Source: a virus
Taxonomy: Duplodnaviria; Caudoviricetes
IMG/VR virus record: IMGVR_UViG_3300031949_000050
Location: 1 to 54,183 of that record
DNA: 54,183 nt
Strand: one strand, 5' to 3'
Shown here: piece after piece, positions 25,967 through 35,535 of the stretch
Numbering within the stretch: the first letter of the stretch is position 1
Layout: every line of letters begins with the position of its first letter
The notes under the pieces: generated by a model
Told to the model about the DNA's origin: nothing
Database searches by the model: none
The model's input: the letters and a program-made list of their open reading frames with translations, nothing else
Program-made: the position numbers and the translations under genes

Positions 25967-26509
25967 GTGGCTCAGATCAGGGCGACGTATCCGGGTGGGA
26001 CGGGGCTCACCGAGGTCTCGGAAGGCGGCGGCGGGATGGTCGGCGGCAACGTCGGCATCGGGGACTTCTGGGGTGCGCTGCTCAACCGCAGGCTTCAAGA
26101 GGCGGAACGCCGGAGGCAGATGGAAGAGGCGGTGTTCAAGGAAGACCTTGCCATGAAGCAGCTCCAGCGCCGTGGCATGACGCAGGCCGCTCATGCCGGA
26201 GACCTGGGTTCGAGTGGCATGGGGATGGATGCCCAAGCCAGGATGAAGGAGACGCGGGCGAGGATCGCTGCTGCGGACACCTCCATGGGAAGAGCCCCCA
26301 CGGCCCCGACGTTCATCGGCGGTCAGTGGGCCGGGTACCAGGCCCAGCCCGGGGCGATGACGGGGATACAGCGGCAGATGTTCATGCCTGCGGAGTCGCG
26401 CTTTGCCCCTGGGGCAACGACCACGCCGAGAGAGGTCGAAGAAGCTGGAATCAGAGCCCGGCAGGAAGAGGAAGACCGCATGAAGCGCCTGTTCCCAGGC
26501 CGGTTCTAA
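25967..26509 (+). CDS. Putative internal virion protein
   Basis: GGAGG RBS; Gly/Met/Ala-rich. Confidence 0.5.
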   Translation: MAQIRATYPGGTGLTEVSEGGGGMVGGNVGIGDFWGALLNRRLQEAERRRQMEEAVFKEDLAMKQLQRRGMTQAAHAGDLGSSGMGMDAQARMKETRARIAAADTSMGRAPTAPTFIGGQWAGYQAQPGAMTGIQRQMFMPAESRFAPGATTTPREVEEAGIRARQEEEDRMKRLFPGRF

Positions 26510-26519
26510 GGAGCGCCCA

Positions 26520-27290
26520 ATGAAGAGACTCGCCCTAGCGATTCTGGCCCTGGTTCTCTCGACGTCCGCCGCGGCTCAGGAGGACCGTACCGCACGGTGG
26601 ATGACCAAGTACGATCTGGACGCCAACACGTTCACGTACTGCGTGGTGCTTGGTAAGGACGGCAGCCCGTGGGGTGCGCCGATCGCGGGGCCGGCGCTCA
26701 TCGAAACCAGCGGCTCCAGCACGACCGTGACGGCGGTCACAGCGAGCTCGGGGCCATTCACTGAGTTGGCGGTCAAGGACATCATCATGGTCAAGCCCTC
26801 GCCAGCGAGCGAGGCGTGGAACGTGGTGACGATCACGGCCAAGGCTTCGGACGATTCGATCACGGTGGACACCGCCGTAGACTGGAGCGCCGGATCTGGC
26901 TTCTCGTTCCAGTACCTCAAGACGTCTTGCGGCACGGACGCCAACTCGGGATGGATCGACGTGTCCGGGTTCGTGTTCAAGACGATGCTGATGGAGTGGA
27001 ACCAGGGCGATCTGGACGCGCTGCAGGCGCGGTGGGAATGCCGAGCCTCAGCCATCGGATCGCAGCCCGTGGTGATCTATCCTGGGGAGAGCGATGGCTG
27101 CGGCGGTGGCACGCTCGCCAGCGGCGTGTGCGAATTCGCCACAGCCGGCGAGACGGCGCGACTGGGCATAGGCGACGAGTTCCCGTGGCTGGAATGCAGG
27201 ATCGGGGTGAGGTACAAGACGACCGATACCGCAGACACCGGGAGTAACCTTGAGTCCATCACGGCGTCGGTAACGGGGCGCACTCGGTGA
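26520..27290 (+). CDS. Signal-peptide-bearing beta-rich virion-like protein
   Basis: TAAGGAG RBS; MKRLALAILALVLSTSAAA-Q; fibre-like Thr/Ser stretch (TITAKASDDSITVD); several Cys. Confidence 0.7.
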   Translation: MKRLALAILALVLSTSAAAQEDRTARWMTKYDLDANTFTYCVVLGKDGSPWGAPIAGPALIETSGSSTTVTAVTASSGPFTELAVKDIIMVKPSPASEAWNVVTITAKASDDSITVDTAVDWSAGSGFSFQYLKTSCGTDANSGWIDVSGFVFKTMLMEWNQGDLDALQARWECRASAIGSQPVVIYPGESDGCGGGTLASGVCEFATAGETARLGIGDEFPWLECRIGVRYKTTDTADTGSNLESITASVTGRTR

Positions 27291-28075
27291 CCCTGCTCGC
27301 TCTGGCGTCCCTGCTGTTGCTCGAGGTCGCGGGCACCGGGGGAAGCGCGCCGAAGTCGGAGGGTGGCAACGCTCCGTCCTTGGCCAGCGCCGTCCTCGCC
27401 TGCTACAACTTCAACGAAGCCGGAGGAGACCGCTCTGACTCCGGTCCAAACGGTTTGAAGCTCACAGAGAATGGCACTGTGGGAGCGGTGAGCGGTGTAG
27501 TCGGAGATGCGGCGTCGTTCGATGGGATTGAGGCCAACTTCCTCGATCACGCTCACACCGATGTGCTGTCAAACATCTCTGACGACTTCGCGGTGACGGC
27601 GTGGGTGAACCTGTCGAACAAGGCCACGAACCAGTGCATAGCTGGGAAGTTCCATTCCGCGGGTGAGGCGATGAGCCCAGCGGAATGGACCCTCTGTTAC
27701 TTCCTGGGGCTTGGTGATCGCTTCGGGTTCCTCTTCTATCCGGTGTTCAACCTGTCGCCGTTCAGCGCCGTGTTGGCGGATACGTTTGGGGCGCCGGACG
27801 CCGCGACGTGGTACTTCCTCTATGGCGAGTGGGACAACGCGCGTGGCGTCATGTGCATCTCGGTGAACAACGGGCCAAAGGACTGCAAAATGTACCAGGC
27901 CCCGCTTGGACGTAGGTCTGTGGTCGCACCGTTCACCGTGGGGAAGATCGACCACAGCACGACGCCAAACCAGCTTTGGGGCTTCGTGGACGTTCTAGCG
28001 CTCTACCGTCGCAAGCTGAGCAGAACGGAGTTGGCGACGATGTACAACAGCGGAAATGGAGCGGCTTGCCCATGA
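27287..28075 (+). CDS. LamG/ConA-like domain protein with hydrophobic N-terminus
   Basis: CYNFNEAGG..DSGPNG..LT, FAVTAWVN, TWYFL, GFVDVLALYRRKLSRTELATMYNSG. Confidence 0.8.
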   Translation: MTLLALASLLLLEVAGTGGSAPKSEGGNAPSLASAVLACYNFNEAGGDRSDSGPNGLKLTENGTVGAVSGVVGDAASFDGIEANFLDHAHTDVLSNISDDFAVTAWVNLSNKATNQCIAGKFHSAGEAMSPAEWTLCYFLGLGDRFGFLFYPVFNLSPFSAVLADTFGAPDAATWYFLYGEWDNARGVMCISVNNGPKDCKMYQAPLGRRSVVAPFTVGKIDHSTTPNQLWGFVDVLALYRRKLSRTELATMYNSGNGAACP

Positions 28076-29313
28076 GAACCAGACTCACGTGTGCCCTCGT
28101 CGCGCTTGGCCTTGCTGCCTCCTCGGTTGAGGCTCGGGAGTTGGATCAGTCTCGGCTGAGGTCGCTCAAGGCGAAGCGCGACTACACATTGCTGCGCGGC
28201 CCGCGCGTGGCGTCCCTCGGCTACTACTATGCTGACCCGGACGTAGCGAAGGCGGGGAGCGGCGGCGGTGGCAGCGGCGCTTCGGCGTGGGGGGACATCA
28301 CTGGAACGCTCTCCGACCAGACGGACTTGCAGAGCGCACTCGACGCCAAGCCGGACTTGGGCGACCCAAATGTGTGGACCGGGGTGAACACGTTCGGAGC
28401 GGCTGCTGCGGCTGCCAACAGCATCGCGCTCAACGAGACGGCAGGTTGCATTACGTGGGAGGGGTTGACGGCCGACACCATCCAGGGACGGCTGTGCGTC
28501 ACCGACCCGACAGTCTCGGACAAGACGTGGACACTGCCTAACAGCACCGGCACCGTCGCGCTTGTCGAGGTTAACAACAGCTTCACGGTGGCCCAGACTC
28601 TGCAAACGGGGATCTTTGGGACGAACATCACACTCGTCGCCAACTCTGGACTGAACCTGAGCGCGACCAACGGTTTTGTGGACTGGGGAGCCACCATTGG
28701 CGGAATCAATGCGCGCGCTGCGCCGACGCCCGACACTCTGGAGTTCTACACGGGTACGGCCAGCGAAGCGATTCACGTGCTACAGCTCGGTGACGTGGGG
28801 TTCGATCACCAAAACGGGCCTTGCGGCACGAGCGTGTGTACCGATCCGACGTTCATCGTCCGCAGCCATAACCAGGCGACCGGCGAGTTCACTGCGACGC
28901 AGGCCGGGGCTCTCACCACCCGCATATCCAAGGCGCTGACGGAGGCGGGCGGGGCGGAGGTAGCCTTCCAGATCACTCTTGCCACGACCCAGATGACGGG
29001 CGGGGAGGTGTTCTACACCGTCCGGGCGACAGACGCGACTGATCTCGTGGCCCGCAACGGCTCGGTCAAGTTCGTGACGATTGACGCCGCCGGGGCTGTG
29101 ACCGCCACGCTGTCAGGTGCCAGCGAGGCTGCGGATGGTTCGGTCCTCATTGCTACCGGGGGCGCGACGCTCACGTATGCGATCACTGCCGACGTCGCCA
29201 CGGCCAACGTGTTCAAGCTCGCTTTCAACATCGACTCGTCGCTAGTGGTGTCTGCCGCGTCGATTGACTACCTGGTGATCCTGACTGGTCCGGGTGCAGT
29301 GACACCGCAGTAA
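28072..29313 (+). CDS. Tail fibre-like protein with signal peptide
   Basis: MRTRLTCALVALGLAASSVEA-R; WGDITGTLSDQTDLQSALDAK and TWTLPNSTGTVAL fibre motifs. Confidence 0.7.
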   Translation: MRTRLTCALVALGLAASSVEARELDQSRLRSLKAKRDYTLLRGPRVASLGYYYADPDVAKAGSGGGGSGASAWGDITGTLSDQTDLQSALDAKPDLGDPNVWTGVNTFGAAAAAANSIALNETAGCITWEGLTADTIQGRLCVTDPTVSDKTWTLPNSTGTVALVEVNNSFTVAQTLQTGIFGTNITLVANSGLNLSATNGFVDWGATIGGINARAAPTPDTLEFYTGTASEAIHVLQLGDVGFDHQNGPCGTSVCTDPTFIVRSHNQATGEFTATQAGALTTRISKALTEAGGAEVAFQITLATTQMTGGEVFYTVRATDATDLVARNGSVKFVTIDAAGAVTATLSGASEAADGSVLIATGGATLTYAITADVATANVFKLAFNIDSSLVVSAASIDYLVILTGPGAVTPQ

Positions 29314-29324
29314 TGGAGAAAGAA

Positions 29325-29774
29325 ATGAAGAAGCTTTTGTTCGTGGGACTGCTGCTGCTGGCTCCGATTGTCGAGGCCCAGGAGACGTACTCACTGTCAG
29401 CCACGGCGGCGCAGGTGACAGACTTGCAGGCCATAGTGCAGGCCAGCAACGAGAAAGTGTGCAACCGATTCGCTCTTGCGGATAGCTGCACTCAGGCCCA
29501 GGCGTGTACGGCGGCCGGCGCTCCGGGTGGGGCGAGTTGTACTGCGGCACAAGCGCGGTCTGTGAATGTCCGGGTGTTCCCGAACACCCAGGCAGGACGA
29601 GAGGAGTTCGTGACGTTCGTGGTTGCTGCTCCGCGATTCCAGGATCTTCGCGCCGGCATTCTCGGGCACAATAGAGAGAAGTTCTGCGCGTTCTGGGCAA
29701 CGGCGACTCGGGGGCAGAAAGACGGGATCTGCACGGCCGCCGGGCGTGCTGCCGGGTGTGAGCTGTGCCCGTAG
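29325..29774 (+). CDS. Secreted Cys-rich small protein
   Basis: GGAGA RBS; MKKLLFVGLLLLAPIVEA-Q; multiple Cys. Confidence 0.65.
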   Translation: MKKLLFVGLLLLAPIVEAQETYSLSATAAQVTDLQAIVQASNEKVCNRFALADSCTQAQACTAAGAPGGASCTAAQARSVNVRVFPNTQAGREEFVTFVVAAPRFQDLRAGILGHNREKFCAFWATATRGQKDGICTAAGRAAGCELCP

Positions 29775-30643
29775 TCAGAGCGGCGTGGCGAGTCTTGGCT
29801 GTGATGCTTCTGGCTGTCTCATTGCGCGCCGAGGCAGCAGACCCGCCAATCTTCATTCGACACAACAGAGCCACGGGAGAGGCAGAGCCGTACAAAGCAC
29901 CGATGGGGGCGTACCCGTTTGCTGGGCTGCCAACCTGCGACTCTAGTCTACAGGGCGAAATCGCGTGGGACACGACAGGGCTGCTCTGGCGAGTCTGTGA
30001 CACGAACGTCTGGCGCTTCCCCTCCCCGCTCACGACAAAGGGGGACATCCCGGTGTTCGACGGCGGGACATCGCAGCGTCTCCCGGTGGGGACCAATGGG
30101 CAGGTAGTGACCGCCGACTCGACAGAGACGCTCGGGGTCAAGTGGGCAGACGCACCCGGTGCCTCGTCTCTCCCGGCCGGGCTGATCGTGCTGACGCTGT
30201 CGAGTTGCCCGAGTGGGTTCAGTGAGGTGTCTTCTCTGGACGGGAAGTTCGTGCTTGGGACACTCGCGGCACACGCGGACGTCGGTACGACTGGCGGGGC
30301 GGACACTATCTCCACCGTACTCAACCACACTCACGTCACCGACGTGACCGACCCGGGCCACAACCATACCCAGAACTCTCACAACCACACGCAGGACGCC
30401 CACCAGCACGGCATGGCTGAGGGCACAACCGACGGCTCTGGGACGTTCATGGACAGATCGAATGCCGCCGCAGCGACGTCTGCTGTGACTGATCTCGCCA
30501 CGGCGACCAACCAGGCCGCCACCGCCACCAACCAGGCGAATACGACAGGCGTCACAGCATCGACGCAGAACCCGGCGGGGGGGGTCGCGACGATCGACAA
30601 TCGCCCCGCATTCGTCAAGGTGATCTTTTGTTCCAAGGACTGA
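29765..30643 (+). CDS. Tail fibre / collar-domain protein with signal peptide
   Basis: LTTKGDI...RLPVGTNGQVVTADS...GVKWA; collar-like LPAGLIV...CPSGF...LDGKFVLG; His-rich HTH/HNH repeats; DNRPAFVKVIFCSK tip. Confidence 0.8.
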   Translation: MPVVRAAWRVLAVMLLAVSLRAEAADPPIFIRHNRATGEAEPYKAPMGAYPFAGLPTCDSSLQGEIAWDTTGLLWRVCDTNVWRFPSPLTTKGDIPVFDGGTSQRLPVGTNGQVVTADSTETLGVKWADAPGASSLPAGLIVLTLSSCPSGFSEVSSLDGKFVLGTLAAHADVGTTGGADTISTVLNHTHVTDVTDPGHNHTQNSHNHTQDAHQHGMAEGTTDGSGTFMDRSNAAAATSAVTDLATATNQAATATNQANTTGVTASTQNPAGGVATIDNRPAFVKVIFCSKD

Positions 30644-30899
30644 GGCGGTGCGTTGCGGCAATTGCGTGGGCACAGGGCCGGTGAAGTCAAGTGTCCATGT
30701 CGCTGGTGCCAGAAGTGGCGGAAGGTGCAACTTGAGATGGCGCGACAGCGGATGACAGCAGATGAGCCGAGCAAAGGGCATAGCGGGCCTTGCTGTGCTT
30801 GTGTTGGGCGTCTCATGGCTGAGCGTGCTGACGCTAAAGAAGCGCGGGCCGCAAAGGCCGGGACGGCTCGTGGTGTCCTACGTCGTAAGGGAGATTGAC

Positions 30900-31277
30900 G
30901 TGAAGAAACTCAGCTTGTTCGCGCTCCTGGCAATGACGGCCACGGCCGAGGGCCAGGTAGGCGTGTTCGCGCATCTCACGTGGCAGGACAAGAGCAACAA
31001 CGAAGAGGGGTTTCGCGTCTACTCCAAGGCCGAGGGAGATCCGAGCTTCACGACGATGGCCACGCTGCCGGCGGACGCCACGTCCTTCGACTCCATCTTG
31101 CCGCTGAGCCCAGGCGTCACCTACTGCTGGGCGGTCGGCGCGTTCAACGCCGCGGGCGAGAACCTGTCTCAAGAGAAGTGTGAGAAGACGCCACCGCTAC
31201 CGGGCCCCACGGTCCCGACCGCTCCGGATGGGCTGGCGGTGACCTATACGCTCGAATCCCCGCCGCCGTCGCCATGA
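30900..31277 (+). CDS. Secreted fibronectin type III domain protein
   Basis: AAGGGAG RBS and signal peptide; LTWQDKSNNEEGFRVY...LSPGVTYCWAVGAFNAAGE. Confidence 0.8.
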   Translation: MKKLSLFALLAMTATAEGQVGVFAHLTWQDKSNNEEGFRVYSKAEGDPSFTTMATLPADATSFDSILPLSPGVTYCWAVGAFNAAGENLSQEKCEKTPPLPGPTVPTAPDGLAVTYTLESPPPSP

Positions 31278-31585
31278 CTTCGAAGCTGCTGCTGACCGCA
31301 AATGGAGTGGGGTTGGCGCTCTTGGCCCTGGTCCCCTCTACCGCCGATCGTTTTGAGGTCGTCTTCGGCGTCTTGGCCTCGGCGTGCGTGACGCTCGCCG
31401 GGGCGACGCTGTTCTTCATCCGAAAGTGGATGGCGGCACGAGAGGCATTCGAGTCCCAGGACTTGCAGTCTCATCACAAGATCGAGGAACGACTGTCGAG
31501 ACTGGAACGCGAGCTTGCGGTGATGCGAGAGACGCTTGAGCACGTGGCGTCAGGAATGGGGCGGATCGAGGCCAAGGTGTCATGA
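31274..31585 (+). CDS. Membrane protein with C-terminal coiled coil (holin-like)
   Basis: Two hydrophobic segments followed by ERLSRLE...MGRIEAKV. Confidence 0.5.
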   Translation: MTSKLLLTANGVGLALLALVPSTADRFEVVFGVLASACVTLAGATLFFIRKWMAAREAFESQDLQSHHKIEERLSRLERELAVMRETLEHVASGMGRIEAKVS

Positions 31586-31678
31586 AGAGTCTGACTGGGA
31601 ATCGCATCTGGTGGATCCTGGCGGCGGTGACGTGGGCGTGCGTGCTCGCCCTCGTCCTGATGTTTCGGAGGTAAGGGC

Positions 31679-31960
31679 ATGGACATCTTTGGACGAGAGG
31701 CGCTACGCAAGGCGTATGAGTCAGAGGTCACCTTTCTCCGGGAGAGGATCACGCAACTGGAGACGACACTCTCCCAGGTGAACGCGAAGCTGGCCGAGAT
31801 GATCGAACCTGGGATCACGAACCGCGTGCAGGAGCGGGCCGCCCGAGCAGAGAGGCTCAAACGGGTGATCACCTATCCGCTCCCCGGCGCTGAGACGCCG
31901 TTCATGGAGTCTGACGACAGGGCCGAATACGTCCCTGGTACGGGAGCAGAGGAGAGTTAA
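31679..31960 (+). CDS. Small coiled-coil protein preceding the portal
   Basis: GGAGGT RBS; its stop abuts the portal start. Confidence 0.55.
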   Translation: MDIFGREALRKAYESEVTFLRERITQLETTLSQVNAKLAEMIEPGITNRVQERAARAERLKRVITYPLPGAETPFMESDDRAEYVPGTGAEES

Positions 31961-34633
31961 GTGGCCGAAGCCGTGTCCACCGACGTCAAGGGCTATCCGG
32001 CGCTTGATTGGCGCGATGAGGACGTACGCGGGTGGGCCACTCGGCACCTTAACCCTCGGTCCAGGTTCCGCCGCTGGATCATGATCAATGCGGCCCAGAA
32101 TCTATGGTTCTATCTGGGCCGCCAGTGGTTGGCTCCGGTTCCGGACGTGAGGAATCAGCAGAACTTCGTCTATGCGTTCAGGGACGTGTACCGTCAGAGC
32201 TTCGCCTCGTACCCTCGCCCAGTGACGAACCTCATAGCGCCCGCCGTGGACAACGAGGTAGCTCGCCTCGGCCGTCGTGAGCTTGTTCCGGACACCCAGC
32301 CGCGGAAGAACGAGCCCAAGCTCGAGGCGGCGGCGCGGGCGGCCAGGAACATGATCCTCTGGGAGTTGGCCCAACAGGCGTGGCCGAACACGAGAGAGGA
32401 GATCAACTTCGAGCTCGTGATGAGCGGGACCGCTGTGATGCGCAGCTTCTGGGATGAGGTCACGACAGAACTCGTGCCGTTGGCCTCAGAGGGCGCGTGC
32501 TGCTGTCCCATGTGCAAGCGGGTGTTCGCCTCCGACATGATCCCCAGGGCGTTCGCCAACTTCGGGATGCCGGGGCTAGGAGAAGACGGCGGGCCGATGC
32601 CCATGATGCACGTCGAGACGACAGAGGAGGTGGACGCGGCCGAACACGCCGGATACCCAGAAGTCCGGATGAGGCACTGCCCGTTCTGCGAGCAGCAGAC
32701 GGAGTTGAAGCCGTACGAGATGTCCAAGGAGGAGGCTCGGGACGGGGAAGATCCGTTCGGTCGCCAGCTCGGGACCACGATCCCGAAGGGGAGCCCGCTG
32801 ATCGAGGCCGTTTCGATTCATGATCTGTATCCCGAGAATGGCGGGGTGAACGTGGATCCGTGGACGTGCTCCGTCTGGGCGCAGAGCACGGTGCGGCCAA
32901 TAGATTGGGTGGAGGCGCGCGCTCCAGAGCTCGCCGGCAAGATCGACCCTGACCCGGTGGCTGACCTGCGAAAGCAGCACCCGCTGCTGGGTGATCCGCT
33001 GTTCTCCGGCGCTGCGGTGATGAGCCTCTCGGCGATGGACGGGATCTTCGACTACCACGTGATGGTGAAGGAGATCCACATCGACCCGAAGCCGATCCCT
33101 GGGCTTGAGATGGGCGCTTCGTTCATGCTCATCGGTGACAAGCACATCATCAAGCGTCCGCTGTGCGTGGAGGTGGAGACAGAGAACGGTCCGAAGAAGG
33201 TCAAGCGGGTGAGGTACGGTGCGGCCCGGTATCGTCGGATCCCCAAGACGTTCTGGGGTCGTACCTTCGTGAGCGACCTGACTGGAGTCAACCGCCGGCT
33301 GAACCAGCTAGACTCGCAGGTGATAGACATCCGCGAGCGAGGCATCCCCACTCTGTACGTGCCGACCGGGACTGAACTCTACAAGCGCGACGAGGACGGC
33401 GGGGCGCTGCGCGTCGTAGAGTACGAATCGCAAAACCCGGCGTGGCATCCCAACGAGTCCGTTTTCAACGGCCAGCCCATGACGGGTAACTCTTACTTCA
33501 CGGAGCGTAACTCTGTCCTGAACGATGCGCAGCTTGTCGGAGCGCCGCAGGACATAGAGATCGGGAAGGCTCCCAAGGGACTGAAGACCACGAGCGGGCT
33601 CATGGTCCTCGGGGAGGAGGCGGCCCAGGATCGTGCCCCTCGGGAGCGGCAGTTGATCGAGATGTACGAATCGCTGTGGCAGCACTTCCTCGAGCTTCAG
33701 TGGGTGTTCCGCAAGGACGACGCAGAGTACCGCGTGCTCAACGTCCAGGGCAAGCGTGAGGTGAAGTCATTCAAGGACACGGACCTTCTGGGCGGCATCG
33801 AGGTGTCGATAGAGAAGCGCGCGGACTTCGACTCCAAGCTGTACCAGAAGGAGGCGACTGCGGAGGCGCTTGAGGCGCGTCTGTACCGGCTCGACAGCCA
33901 GGCGGCCATCGACAAGGTGCTGACGCTCATGGGCCTGCCGAAGGACGTCAACGAGGACTCGTCTCTGCAAGTGGACCGCGCCGAGGACGCATGGGGCGCG
34001 TTCTTGGAGACTGGCAGCGTGCCGGTGCTCGACTCCGGGCTGGTGGACCCATGGATCTGGTTCCAGATCCTAGGCAAGCGCTGGTTCTCTGACGAAGCAC
34101 AGGAGCTCCAGCGCAGCGTCAACTGGCCGGAGGTGACACGGGCGCTCGCCGGCTGGGAAGAGCGCATGGCCAAGATGCAGGGAGAAGACGACCGACTGCG
34201 TCCGGTCTACGGCAATGTGCCGCCTGAGCGGTGGGCCGAAACCTATGAGCAGGGCAAGGCGCTGTCCGAGCAGGCCCAGCAGGCGATGGCATCCGCAGCC
34301 GAAGCCGCGGGGCAGCCCGCGCCACAGACGCAGGAGTTCCCGGCACCGCCACAGCGGCCGTTCCTGCCGCGGCTGCTGCAAGACAAGGTGTACGCGGTCT
34401 GGGCCGGCTTGCTGTCCACGGCGCTTGAGGCGCTACAGAACATCCGGCCCATGGACGGCTTGCAGCCGGAGATACTCCAGAAGCACGACACGGCACAGCG
34501 GCTCGACAACCTGCTCAAGATGAGGGCCGCCATAGAGGCGTGCCGGATGACGGACCTTGAGCGGAAGAAGGCGATGGCGGGCGGCGGGGCTCCAGCGCCG
34601 GCTCCGGGCGGCGGCGCCCCAGGCGTGGCATAA
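31961..34633 (+). CDS. Portal protein (P22-like) with a zinc-ribbon insertion
   Basis: FYLGRQW, PVTNLIAPAV, SGTAVMRSFWD, FWGRTFVSDL...NRRLN, TSGLMVLGE pattern; CCCPMC...HCPFC insert. Confidence 0.8.
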   Translation: MAEAVSTDVKGYPALDWRDEDVRGWATRHLNPRSRFRRWIMINAAQNLWFYLGRQWLAPVPDVRNQQNFVYAFRDVYRQSFASYPRPVTNLIAPAVDNEVARLGRRELVPDTQPRKNEPKLEAAARAARNMILWELAQQAWPNTREEINFELVMSGTAVMRSFWDEVTTELVPLASEGACCCPMCKRVFASDMIPRAFANFGMPGLGEDGGPMPMMHVETTEEVDAAEHAGYPEVRMRHCPFCEQQTELKPYEMSKEEARDGEDPFGRQLGTTIPKGSPLIEAVSIHDLYPENGGVNVDPWTCSVWAQSTVRPIDWVEARAPELAGKIDPDPVADLRKQHPLLGDPLFSGAAVMSLSAMDGIFDYHVMVKEIHIDPKPIPGLEMGASFMLIGDKHIIKRPLCVEVETENGPKKVKRVRYGAARYRRIPKTFWGRTFVSDLTGVNRRLNQLDSQVIDIRERGIPTLYVPTGTELYKRDEDGGALRVVEYESQNPAWHPNESVFNGQPMTGNSYFTERNSVLNDAQLVGAPQDIEIGKAPKGLKTTSGLMVLGEEAAQDRAPRERQLIEMYESLWQHFLELQWVFRKDDAEYRVLNVQGKREVKSFKDTDLLGGIEVSIEKRADFDSKLYQKEATAEALEARLYRLDSQAAIDKVLTLMGLPKDVNEDSSLQVDRAEDAWGAFLETGSVPVLDSGLVDPWIWFQILGKRWFSDEAQELQRSVNWPEVTRALAGWEERMAKMQGEDDRLRPVYGNVPPERWAETYEQGKALSEQAQQAMASAAEAAGQPAPQTQEFPAPPQRPFLPRLLQDKVYAVWAGLLSTALEALQNIRPMDGLQPEILQKHDTAQRLDNLLKMRAAIEACRMTDLERKKAMAGGGAPAPAPGGGAPGVA

Positions 34634-34648
34634 TCTGCGGGGTGGCAC

Positions 34649-34864
34649 ATGGCTGGATCGAAGATAGAGCGAGTGATGGGCGAGTTCAAGCGCGGTGAGT
34701 TGCACACGGGGTCCAAGAAAGGCCCGCTCGTGCGGTCTCGTAAGCAGGCCGAGGCCATCGCCATGTCCGAGGCACGCAAGGCCGGGGAGGGCGTGCCGCG
34801 CAAGAAGAAGCGGCGCACCGTGAACGCGCGCGTTGGAGCCGCGGCACTCGCGGCAAGGAGTTGA
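34649..34864 (+). CDS. Small basic protein, DUF6496-like
   Basis: KIERVMGEFKRGELHTGSKKGPLVRSRKQAEAIAMSEARKAG. Confidence 0.7.
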   Translation: MAGSKIERVMGEFKRGELHTGSKKGPLVRSRKQAEAIAMSEARKAGEGVPRKKKRRTVNARVGAAALAARS

Positions 34865-34867
34865 GCG

Positions 34868-35254
34868 ATGGCGCAAGCGGCTGAAACGGCGCGCAAGAAG
34901 AAGCGCGCAGAAGAATCGTTCTACACCGATCCCGCCGAGTACAAGCGGCTCAAAGAGCAGGCGGCGGCGGAAGAGCGCGCGGCGGAAGAGAAGCGCAAGG
35001 AAGAGGAGGCCCGCAAGCTCAAGGAAGCTGCCGAGGAAGGGGCCGTCGTCAAGACCAAGGAACGACAGGCCGGGCAGCGCGAGTCCGCCGAATCCAAGGC
35101 TGAGAAGATGTCCGACGAGGAGTTGGACGGGTGGAAGCCGACGACCCCGGGAGAGTTGGCGATCAAGGCCAGGGTGAAGCGCAAGAGGGCATCTCAGAGC
35201 AACGTCTCTGCCAGTGATGGCGCGGCTGCGCTCGCCAAGCGCATGACGAAGTGA
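34868..35254 (+). CDS. Charged coiled-coil protein
   Basis: AAGGAG RBS; E/K/A-rich; ends in a GAAALA motif also seen in both neighbours. Confidence 0.55.
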   Translation: MAQAAETARKKKRAEESFYTDPAEYKRLKEQAAAEERAAEEKRKEEEARKLKEAAEEGAVVKTKERQAGQRESAESKAEKMSDEELDGWKPTTPGELAIKARVKRKRASQSNVSASDGAAALAKRMTK

Positions 35255-35535
35255 TGACCGCTGCCGCGATAGCCAAGTCGAAAGAGCTTTTGGAGAAAGC
35301 CATTAGCCTACACTCGGCTCACATCGAAGGCGGCGAACCGACGAGTGACGCATCGCAGCGGAAGCTGATGGGCTACTTGGAAGGTGCAGAAGATGCACTG
35401 GAGGGCGACATGGAGTCAAACGGCGGGATGATAATGGGCAAGGGCATGAAAGCCACGAAAAAGAAGAAGTACGGGAAGACCAACGCCATGGAGGGGGCCA
35501 AGGCCCTGGCCAACCGCACCAAGGGGGCGTACTGA
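35251..35535 (+). CDS. Hypothetical protein
   Basis: Coupled to both neighbouring genes. Confidence 0.5.
   Translation: MMTAAAIAKSKELLEKAISLHSAHIEGGEPTSDASQRKLMGYLEGAEDALEGDMESNGGMIMGKGMKATKKKKYGKTNAMEGAKALANRTKGAY

Noticed and set aside
32470-32790. Intein in the portal
   Set aside because: No His-Asn followed by Cys/Ser/Thr splice end and no LAGLIDADG blocks; paired CxxC motifs fit a zinc ribbon better.
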